Source of the DNA: an uncultured Actinomycetota bacterium | GTDB lineage: Bacteria; Actinomycetota; Actinomycetes; Streptosporangiales; Streptosporangiaceae | DNA: 24,000 bases | Reading direction: 5' to 3' | Assembly: GCA_963696455.1 (NCBI GenBank) | Contig: CAVOKK010000025.1 | Coordinates: 35,909-59,908 of the forward strand | Part shown: one piece after another, positions 1 to 7,857 of the stretch | Layout: each line of letters starts with the position of its first letter | Numbering within the stretch: position 1 is the stretch's first letter | Translations under genes and position numbers: made by a program | The notes under the pieces: model-generated | What the model was told of the DNA's origin: nothing | Databases searched by the model: none | Seen by the model: only the letters and a program-made list of their open reading frames with translations

Positions 1-847
1 CGCTTTCAGTCGCAGTATCTATGAGCAGGGGATTAAGCGCGGGCAGATACTCGGGGTCAGAGAAGTCGAGCAAGATAGTGTCTTCTACCCTCTTTCCAAC
101 GTGGCGCAGCAAGTAGTCGACGAGGCCACCATGTGGATCAATTACACCCACGCCATGTCCGAGCTCAATGTCTTGCCTGATGAGATTCTTTAGGAAGTTT
201 GTCTTTCCCGAGCCGGTCTTTCCAACGATGTACACATGCCTGAGCCGGTCGGCAGGAGAGATGGATACAGGCACGTATACGTCCGTTCGGCTCCCCTGCT
301 GGTATGCGGCTCCTATTGCTGCGGCATCGTTCAGCTGCGGGAGTTTGAACCGCATAGGAAGGCGAGTTGCACGGTGCCCAGTCAGACCGCGGCCTTCGAT
401 GTGCCCATAAGGCGGATGGAAGGCGCGGATCAGCTCCTCCGGATGGCCAACTACACCTAGTTTGCCTATATCTGGCGGAAAGATGACACTCTTGCGGGAT
501 GGGACTCGCTCCTGCTTCACTGTCAGGCCGAGGATGTGTCGGCCGATCACAGTGGCTAGGACGTCATCGACCGGCTCGTCGGAGTGCAAGCTTAGGTGTA
601 TGGCGAGCGGGGACGGTGACGGGGTCGCCGCCATGGTGGCCGCCAGAAAGAACTCCGCGGCCTGTCTGTGAGTCGTCGGCACAACTCCAGTGCTCCCTGC
701 CATCGGGTGGCTGTCAAATCCGTCACGCCCGAGCGCCGAGGCAGCGGGAATCGTACATGTGAGATCGATTGTGATTGGTCCGTGTCGGCGTCGGAGCAGG
801 TCGACAAGATGAGCCCAGTCCGGCTTGATTGGTAGCCCATAGCCCAT
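1..847 (-). CDS. P-loop NTPase, TrwB/TraD/HerA-like (FtsK-HerA superfamily); 3' end runs off the window
   Basis: Absent from the ORF track because it is open at the window edge; I translated the minus strand by hand. Walker A HVYIVGKTGSGKTNFL lies at about 199-238, followed by GHGVGVIDPHGGLVDYLL and NPLL. The frame is open from TAG at 908-910 and the first ATG is at 847-845. Codon usage and GC are lower than in the rest of the window. Confidence 0.6.
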   Translation of the reverse strand, partial: MGYGLPIKPDWAHLVDLLRRRHGPITIDLTCTIPAASALGRDGFDSHPMAGSTGVVPTTHRQAAEFFLAATMAATPSPSPLAIHLSLHSDEPVDDVLATVIGRHILGLTVKQERVPSRKSVIFPPDIGKLGVVGHPEELIRAFHPPYGHIEGRGLTGHRATRLPMRFKLPQLNDAAAIGAAYQQGSRTDVYVPVSISPADRLRHVYIVGKTGSGKTNFLKNLIRQDIELGHGVGVIDPHGGLVDYLLRHVGKRVEDTILLDFSDPEYLPALNPLLIDTATES

Positions 848-1199
848 CCTGTCTACTGGTCGGGAGATGAGTCCTGACCTTAGCCCGCGGCAAAGCGGGC
901 TCTTTCCCTACCGTCACGGACCAGGCAGGCAGGAGCAGCACAGACATGTGGTCAAGTAGCGAGCCGGCTTTTCGTTCCGAAAGTGCGTCATTGGCTCGGC
1001 CTACGCATAGCACATGGAAGAAGGCGCTGAGCTCGTCTCCTTCCTCGTCGCGCACTGTCTGGAGGCGGTACACCATGGCGAGGTCAGGACGGGCCAGATC
1101 GCGGAAGATCCGCAAGAGTTCAAGCTGCGCCGGAAGAGTGCTAACCGCTTCGTCGGAGTCGTAACGGCCCAAGTTCAGCGAGAAGTACGTGTTCGACAA
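723..1199 (-). CDS. Hypothetical protein; probably the frameshifted 5' part of the downstream ATPase
   Basis: TTG start at 1199 preceded by GGGGTG 7 nt upstream. The first 100 or so residues (MSNTYFSLNLGRYDSDEAV...LLLPAWSVTVGKEP) look protein-like. The last 55 or so look like out-of-frame read-through and overlap the ATPase frame by about 125 nt. Confidence 0.4.
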   Translation of the reverse strand: MSNTYFSLNLGRYDSDEAVSTLPAQLELLRIFRDLARPDLAMVYRLQTVRDEEGDELSAFFHVLCVGRANDALSERKAGSLLDHMSVLLLPAWSVTVGKEPALPRAKVRTHLPTSRQDGLWATNQAGLGSSCRPAPTPTRTNHNRSHMYDSRCLGARA

Positions 1200-1354
1200 G
1201 TTTGTTCACCCCTCTCGTGGGAGCTCAACATCTGGCCATCGAGCACGTCTTGGCCCTCGGGATCTGAACAGTCGCCGCGACGAGTCGACGCCATCAGATT
1301 ACAGGGACCCTTCCAAATATTCTAGACACGTGATACAAAGATTCTGGAGGGCTG

Positions 1355-1618
1355 ATGAAGATGCTGCCGGTGCCTGGGCCATGGCTGCGGCACGCCGTGA
1401 ACCTGGTGTTGGCAGTAGCGCTCGTTCCCCTGTCTCTTGCGATCGCCGTGGTGGCAATACCTGTCTTGACGCTCGTCAGCGTGTGTTGCTCGTTCACTGC
1501 AGCGGGTCGTAGGTACGTGCAAGCCTTGTGGAAGGCTATTTTCACCCACATCGAGACCGTTGTTCGCGAGCTCGTGTCGAGCCGAGAGGACGACGGGAAA
1601 CCGAAGCTGGAGCACTGA
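1355..1618 (+). CDS. Small membrane protein (87 aa)
   Basis: GGAGGG lies 4 nt upstream of the ATG. A 34-residue hydrophobic stretch (AVNLVLAVALVPLSLAIAVVAIPVLTLVSVCCSF) is followed by a charged tail. It lies in the lower-GC block. Confidence 0.5.
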   Translation: MKMLPVPGPWLRHAVNLVLAVALVPLSLAIAVVAIPVLTLVSVCCSFTAAGRRYVQALWKAIFTHIETVVRELVSSREDDGKPKLEH

Positions 1619-1875
1619 ACCGCGCACGTCAATCACCGCGGCTTGCCCTGATGGTCCCAGGCAGCCATGACTGAATGCGGGCACTCCGCGGCGACCGGTC
1701 CAGCTTCCCAGCGTGTCTCGTTGGCCCACTATCAAATCGCGAACATGTGGCAGGTCGGCTGGCTCTAAGAGCCTAGGCCTACTCCCTGCCAATAGCAGCT
1801 TGCCCGGCGTGCGGGCCTGGAAGATCACGTCAGCCAGCTGAGCTCTCCCGACCCCGGCCGCGCGGCCGGCGGACA

Positions 1876-3837
1876 TCAGCCCTGGTGGTGGCGGTGCTCC
1901 GCGGGCGGTAGGTCGAGGGCGGGGTTGCCGTCGAAGAAGCCGTCTGGCCGCAGCTGGAACCCGACGCTGGTGACCGGCATCACCGGCCAGTCCTCCGGGC
2001 GCACCACGTGGTGAGCGGTGAACGTATGCCACAGCACCAGGTCGGTGTTCTCCAGCGGGCGGTCGGCCGCGGTCCAGGCCGGCAGGCCGTCCCCGCCGGG
2101 ATGCTGGTTGGGGTAATCGCCGGCCGGGAACTGCTGATCGGGATCGTAGGCGGTGACCCACAGGTGCTTGGTGGCGAACTCGGCCCGCCGCATCATGTGG
2201 GTGTCGGGCTGGCAGAAGGGCAGCACGCTGTCCTCGGGCACGAGCTTGTAGGCCACCGGCGCGCCGGTCGCGTTCAGCCGGCCGGGGTTGGTGATCTTCC
2301 AGTAGCGGGCGGCGCGCCCGTCAGCCACCCGCTTCGCCTCGGACTCGCGGCGCAGCGGGGTCTGCCGGACTACCCAGGCGTTGCCATACGGGTTCTCCGG
2401 GCCGGGCGGCAGCGCCACCGAGTCGCACTCACAGACAGTGTTCTGCGGGCCATCGACCAGCATGTCCAGCCGTACGCAGAAAATGTGCTGGTGATGGGGA
2501 CCGTAGACCTGCGGGGCGACCAGGGTGCCGTAGGCCGGTATCTGTCCCTCGGGCAGTGCCCCGTTGGAGATCACGCCGGTCAGCTTGACCTCGTATTCGA
2601 TGGTGCCGTCCTGGTAGAGGTACCAGTAGTAGCCGTACTCGTAGTTCCCGACGGTGGCGATCATCGAAATCACCAGCCGCCGTGAGCGCCGGACCTCGGC
2701 CTTGCCGGTGCGCCAGTCGGTGTGCTTCCACGACATGCCGTGGTCTTCCTCGTGCAGGCAGATCGCGTTCCTGATCAGCTGCGCGTGGCCGTCGTTGTCG
2801 TTGAGGCAGGCGTCGAAGTAGTAGATCTCGCCCAGGCAGTCACAGCCCAGCTCCAGGCTGTTGGCGAGCACGCCGATGCCGTACTCCCCCATGTCGAAGA
2901 CGTTCTTGCGGTAGTGCGTCGGGCTCGGGTCGCCGTAGGGGATGACCATTTCCGCGAGCGAAGCGCGGTAGATGACCGGCCGGAGCGCTCCGTGATCCTG
3001 GTAGCGCACCAGGTGAAGGACCAGCCCCTCGCGGGGGGTAAAGCCAACCTGGAACCGCCATTTCTGCCAGCGCACCTCGTGCCCGTCGACCGTGAAGCTG
3101 GTGCCCTCCGGCTGGGTGATCTCCACTGGCTTCAGATCCTGCCGGGGCCCCGTCGGGGAAGTGCGGGACGTTTCCGGCGTCGCGGATCCCTGCGGCGGTG
3201 TAGTTGCCGCTGCGCGGCGGCAGCGGGAACTACGCCGTGGTCCTCGATATCCACTACTTCCATCCGGTCGAGGTCGAAGCGGACGATCAGGCCCTCCACC
3301 GGGCGGGCGTATCCGTTGTCGTCGGGGTCCCCCTCGCGCACCCAGGTCAGCGGCCGGAGGAACCGGCCCTGCCCGGCCGCGTCCTCGGGGCCGTTGTAGC
3401 CCACCGACCAGGGATCGATCATCACCATGTCGAAGTCGGTGACGCCGCGGCGGCGCATCGCCTCTTGCCAGCGGGCGTCCTTCTTGACCGCCGCCTCGGT
3501 GGCCAGAAACTCCTCGAGCATGACTGCCGGCTGGACACCGGGCACCTCACGCCACAGGCGCACCTCGCCGGCGGTGATCGAGACCACCGCCTCGTAGGTC
3601 CTGCGCTCGGCCCGCTCCCGGAGCACGATATGCGCCTGGCGTTCGAACGCCTCGCCCGGCCGGTAGCCGAGGACCGCGTCCTTGGCTGGTTCCCGCAGCG
3701 TGACGTAGACGAACCGCGCACTCGCAGCCAGGCCGCGGTCCCGCTTGAGGATCGCCGGTGGCGGCCTCGATCTCCTCCGCAGTCAGCGGGTCCAGCGGAT
3801 GCCGCACCGCCACCGTAGGCTGCTCAGCCGCTTTCAT
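1876..3837 (-). pseudogene. Copper/TPQ primary amine oxidase, split over four reading-frame segments
   Basis: The C-terminal 416-aa ORF has the TPQ motif TVGNYEY and Cu-ligand motifs HHQH and WHTFTAHH. The N-terminus (MKAAEQPTVAVRHPLDPLTAEEIEAAT) and the middle domains lie in other frames. Hand translation places shifts near 3751-3763, about 3227 and about 3165-3172. SD GGGAGGGAG precedes the ATG at 3837. Confidence 0.85.
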
Positions 3838-3995
3838 CGTCCGCTCCCTCCCTCGCTCGCTCCCGAAGCCACGGATACTCGCTCACGGCATTGGGCGTCA
3901 TGCCGCCGCCACAGCGAGAGTTGGCGGAAGCGGCCGGTTCCTCCCGGTCCTACCTCAGGCCTATTGCTACGTCAACAGGGCCAATTCAGCCTTCT

Positions 3996-4137
3996 CACGG
4001 TCGCGGGCAGGTCAGGCGTGCGGTGGCCATGCCGGCCGGTCATGTCCTCGTTAGCGACGAGAGCGTTCGCCACGGCCACTTCGACCGCCTGCACGACCGC
4101 CTCGTAGAAGGGATCGATGTGCCCCCCACGGCCCGTC
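3996..4137 (-). repeat. Relic copy of the dmpA 3' end (about 92% identical to 4953-5097)
   Basis: Direct nucleotide alignment by eye gives 7 substitutions and 3 single-base indels over about 133 nt. It encodes HIDPFYEAVVQAVEVAVANALVANEDMTGRHGHRTP. Confidence 0.8.
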
Positions 4138-4156
4138 GGGAGCTGCTCGTCCCGTC

Positions 4157-4239
4157 AGGACGCGGCTGCGCAGCCTCAGATCACGGCGGGAACGAGCAGT
4201 GAGACGTCGCAGACTCCCTCCCGGCCGCGGTCGACGAGG
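4157..4239 (+). repeat. Relic copy of an internal pucR segment (matches 9071-9163)
   Basis: The 62-nt core agatcacggcgggaacgagcagtgagac...ccggccgcggtcgacgagg differs from 9101-9163 by 1 substitution and 1 indel. Weaker similarity extends about 20 nt upstream. Confidence 0.75.
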
Positions 4240-4332
4240 AGCGATGGGGCCTTACCGATTCCGCACGCGAAGCTGGCGGTCGCACGGATGCGGCGGGCGC
4301 CCCCACGGCGCCGCGCGGCCCTAGAGCGACGG

Positions 4333-4563
4333 TCAGATCTGATCGCGCTCGTCTCGCCAGCTGTCCATCACGCTGGTATCCCGGCCGGGCTCGTCGAGTA
4401 TGTCTGCCGGGTCCCACTGGTCGTTGTTGAGGTCGTCGCGCTCCTCGTGCCAGACGCCCATGACGTCATCCTCATCGTCATCGTCGTCCAGCATCCCCGC
4501 CGGGTTCCAGTCGCTCCCGGAGATCTGGTCGCGTTCGTCTCGCCAGTTGTCCATCTCGCTCAT
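4333..4563 (-). CDS. Small hyper-acidic Trp-repeat protein (76 aa), no recognised family
   Basis: GGAGGTGG lies 7 nt upstream of the ATG at 4563; TGA is at 4333-4335. Sequence: MSEMDNWRDERDQISGSDWNPAGMLDDDDDEDDVMGVWHEERDDLNNDQWDPADILDEPGRDTSVMDSWRDERDQI. The track's 195-aa version adds an Arg/Gly/Ala-rich extension that does not look coding. Confidence 0.55.
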   Translation of the reverse strand: MSEMDNWRDERDQISGSDWNPAGMLDDDDDEDDVMGVWHEERDDLNNDQWDPADILDEPGRDTSVMDSWRDERDQI

Positions 4564-4757
4564 CGCTAGCCACCTCCGGATGCGACGGTAAGGGAAAACC
4601 TGGCTCGCTTCACCCCCCGCGCCGCGAATTCGCGCGGGCCCGCGCCCAGCTCCGCACGGGCCGACCCGGACAGCGGCACGCGCGGCGGCGCTTACCGCTT
4701 CCGGCAGGGCGACACCGGCGGCAAGGCAACCGGGAACGGCGAGCTGGGTATGAATCA

Positions 4758-4776
4758 CGAGGCGACGTTCGCCTCG
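4758..4776 (-). terminator. GC-rich hairpin downstream of dmpA (possible terminator)
   Basis: cgaggcga-cgt-tcgcctcg forms an 8-bp perfect stem with a 3-nt loop, 134 nt past the dmpA stop. There is no U-tract. Confidence 0.25.
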
Positions 4777-4909
4777 TTCCCGCACTACACGACCCTGGAC
4801 CACTGCCCCTTGGCGGTCTCCCGCCCCGTCGGCAAACTCCGTCTCCGCGGCACCACCGGCGGTCACCGAAGTCGCCGTGACCGTCAGGTTATGAGCTCTG
4901 CCCCGGTCC

Positions 4910-6129
4910 TCACGACGCACGGGCGGATCTTGCTTTCGCGACGAGCTCGCGCACGCGGTCGCGGGGCAGGGCAGGCGTGCGGTGGCCGTCCCGGCCGGTC
5001 ATGTCCTCGTTAGCGACGAGGGCGTTCGCCACGGCCTCCTCGACCGCCTGCACGACCGCTTCGTAGAACGGGATCGATGTGCCCCCACGGCACGAACTCG
5101 AGCTGGTCAAGGTGCTCCGGTGACCCGTGGAAGGTGGCGATCGACGGCGTGAAGGCTTCCTTGTTCGCGGTCGAGAAGGCCAGGAACAAGTCGCCGGAGA
5201 AGTGGGAGCCGCTCGTCCCGGTCCGGGCGAGGCCGAGCGTCACCCGCCGGGCGAGTGCCTGGCACTGGCCGGGCAGGAGCGGGGCATCGGTCGCGACGAC
5301 TGCGATGACCGAGCCGGCGCCGTGGCGGAGCGCGGAGAAGTGCTCGGCCAGCGGGTTGTCGTCCGCGAGCGCCTCGCCCAGTGGCACCCCGGCGAGCACA
5401 AGCTCGTGCCGGGCGCCGAAGTTGGCCTGCACGAAGGCGCCGACGGTGTAGTCACGTCCGGCGTAGGAGACCAGCCGGGACGCCGTGCCGGAGCCGCCCT
5501 TGAAGGCGTAGCAGTTCATGCCGGTCCCGCCGCCGACCGATCCTTCCTCGATCGGACCGCCGCCTTCGGCACTCTCGAGCGCTTCCACGACGGTTGACTC
5601 GTGCACGTGGTGGCCGTTGATGTCGTTGAGGTAGCCGTCCCAGGTCTCGGCCGAGACGGGCATGAGCCACGCCTCGGTGAGGTCGGGATGGTGCTGATGT
5701 GTCCAGGCGATGATGCCGGCGTGCCCCACCCCGACGGCGTGGGTGTTGGTGATGACGACCGGACCGGAGAAGGTGCCCGACTCCTCGATCCAGGAGGCAC
5801 CGGTCATCTCGCCGTTCCCGTTCTGGTTGTGCAGGCCGGCCGCCACCGGGTCGCCGGGGCACGCCTTCCCGCGCGGGTGGATGGCCGTCACGCCGGTGCG
5901 CACGTCCGGTCCGCTGATCAGCGTCACGTAACCGACTTCGAGGCCGGGCACGTCGGTGATGGCGTTCCAGCGCCCCGGCCTGCCGTCGAACGGGATGCCC
6001 AGGGCACGGGCCCTGGGCTTTCCCGACGGCGTCGACAGGTGCGGGTCGGCGCCGCCTCCGCCACGGCTCCCGCCGGAGCCGGCGGCCGCTCCCGCTCCGC
6101 TCCGCCGGACCGGCCGAGGGCGCGCTCAT
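4910..6129 (-). pseudogene. S58/DmpA-family peptidase (L-aminopeptidase/D-esterase-like), disrupted at both ends
   Basis: The body has GIPFDGRPGRWNAITDVPGLEVGYVTL...GSVGGGTGMNCYAFKGGSGTAS...VVATDAPL. The C-terminal 50 or so residues (FYEAVVQAVEEAVANAL...) are in another frame because of an extra base at 5069. The conserved N-terminus has no ATG/GTG/TTG in frame below the TGA at 6126-6128. Confidence 0.8.
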
Positions 6130-7674
6130 TCGGCCACCCGGACCGGCTCGGCGTTCCTCGTCGATCGGCGCGTCGCGCAGCGTCCAGGCCCGGCCCTTCT
6201 GCGGCAGGATCACGGCCGCCCAGTAGACGAGGCCGATGCCCATCGTGATGAGGGTGACCTCGAGGAGCAGCCTGGTCTGCTGCGTGAAGACATAGCCGAG
6301 GGCAGCCAGCGCCAGCAGCGGCGGGAGCGGCCAGAACGGCATCTTGTAGGCACCGCCGCGCGTCGCGCCGGTCGGCCGGGCCACCAGGGCCGCGATAGCG
6401 ACGAGGGCGTAGTCCGCCACGAGGCTTGCCCCGGTCAGATCGACGAGAGTGTTCAGCGACACGCCCAGGCAGAGGACCGCTCCGAGGACGCCGATGAAGA
6501 TCGTGGCGATCCAGGGGGAACGGAACCTCGGATGCAGGTCCGACAGCCATCTGCTCACTGGCCCCGGGTAGGCGCGGTCACGAGCTGAGCTGTACAGGAT
6601 GCGCCCGTAGCTCAGGATGATGGCGATGACGGCGTTCAGGATGGCGAGGCAGATGCCGATGCTGATGACGTCATACAGCCCGGTATTCCCCGTCGTCTCG
6701 ATGAAGTACTGCAGCGGGATAGCCGACGTCGTGAAGGCGGCGAGGCTCGGCGCTCCGATGATCGTCGCGGCGAAGGGCACGAACTCGGCGAGCACCGTGA
6801 TGACAAGCGACCAGAGAATCGCGCGGGCGATGTTGCGTCGCGGCCCGGCCGTTTCCTCGGAGAAGTTCACGGCGTTGGCGTATCCGTTGTACGAGAAGAC
6901 CGCTACCGCGGTAAGAGCGAGGATGCCCGAGAACGCTACGGGGACCAGGGCACCGTGGGCACCGCCGATCACCGGGTGGGCAAGCGCACTCCAGTTCTTG
7001 GCATGTGAGAACCCGAGCACCGTCAGGATGAGCAGGGCTGCTAGCTCGATGGCGAGGAAGACACCGGTGAGGACGGCGTTGAAACGGATCTTCAGGACGG
7101 CGACGCCGGCCGCGATGATCATGATCACGGCACCGACGTAGCGCGGATCGAGGTTGGCGACGACGGCGAAGTAGGTGCCGGCCCCGAGAGCGATCGTGGC
7201 AGGGATGAAGGCGATGAAGTCGGCGTACAGAGCGAAGGTGATAAAGCTGACCGGCCCGGCGAGCGGCGAGGTCCTGCCCTTGAACGAATGCCCCACCAGC
7301 GCGTAGTCGCCGCCCGCGATCGGGAACGACGCAGCGAGTTCCGCCCAGCAGAAGGCCATGAGCACGCCGACGATGGCAGCGAAGACGAACGACCAGAATG
7401 AGCCACTGCCGGCAGCCACGAGCGCCACCGGGGCGATGATGAACACCGAGGCAGCCGGAGTCACTCCCGACAGCGTGACGAGGACATTGCCGAGCACGCT
7501 GATCGAGCGCGACAGCTCCTGCTTGTAGCGCCCGTGGGCGTGGCCCTCGACGGCGTGCTCAGCGTGCACGACTGCGGCCGCGAAGGCCTTCTCCTGCTCG
7601 CCCGAAAGCCCTTCCGGCGGCTGCACGACGCCCGGTGCCTGGTCGGGGCCGGTCGCCGGCCTGTCGGTGTCCAT
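6126..7674 (-). CDS. APC-superfamily amino acid/polyamine permease; 3' end uncertain
   Basis: About 12 hydrophobic segments, with typical motifs (GVTPAASVFI, ELAASFPIAGGDY, FSYNGYANAVNFSEE). GGGAGAGGAG lies 6 nt before the ATG at 7674; the track start at 7695 is also possible. The frame has no stop until 5452, running out of frame through dmpA, so the real end near 6126-6135 is inferred. Confidence 0.75.
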
Positions 7675-7810
7675 TGCCGTCTCCTCTCCCGTCATCGCCC
7701 CGGCGGCGAGCGAGCGGCCGGCCGCCGTCCTCCTGAACCTCCGCTATCCCGTGACCTGACCCGTCGATCTGCCCTCGATGGTACGGATGCCGTTGTGCGC
7801 CGACAATGCA

Positions 7811-7851
7811 CACTTTGGGTATTTAGCCATTCTCACTTTGCACATAAAGTG
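7811..7851. promoter_or_regulatory. Candidate operator in the divergent permease/pucR intergenic region
   Basis: CACTTTG occurs at 7811-7817 and 7834-7840, 23 bp apart start to start. The second copy is part of the 18-bp palindrome CACTTTGCACATAAAGTG (7834-7851). This is the most AT-rich stretch of the intergenic region. Confidence 0.4.
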
Positions 7852-7857
7852 TGGTCC

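Noticed and set aside
1322-1876. ORF starting at an ATG that overlaps the amine oxidase stop (TGATG), running antisense through the small membrane protein gene.
   Set aside because: Only the first 30 or so codons look plausible. The rest (QHQVHGVPQPWPRHRQHLHQ...) is not protein-like. It may be the stump of a gene cut by the low-GC block, but I cannot support a call.
4240-4332. GGCGCC-N5-GGCGCC hairpin downstream of the acidic gene as a terminator.
   Set aside because: It has only a 6-bp stem, no U-tract and flanking mismatches, so the support is too weak.
4623-4634. Perfect 12-bp palindrome CGCGAATTCGCG as a stand-alone feature.
   Set aside because: It is short and GC-rich palindromes are common at this composition. 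It is mentioned only as context for the acidic gene.
4564-4920. N-terminal extension giving the 195-aa version of the acidic protein.
   Set aside because: The extension is Arg/Gly/Ala-rich with no coding character and overlaps the dmpA stop. A strong SD sits immediately before the internal ATG at 4563.
5452-6125. C-terminal 220 or so residues of the 747-aa permease ORF.
   Set aside because: This is out-of-frame read-through of dmpA (an Arg-rich, low-complexity translation). The dmpA frame carries the conserved S58 motifs.
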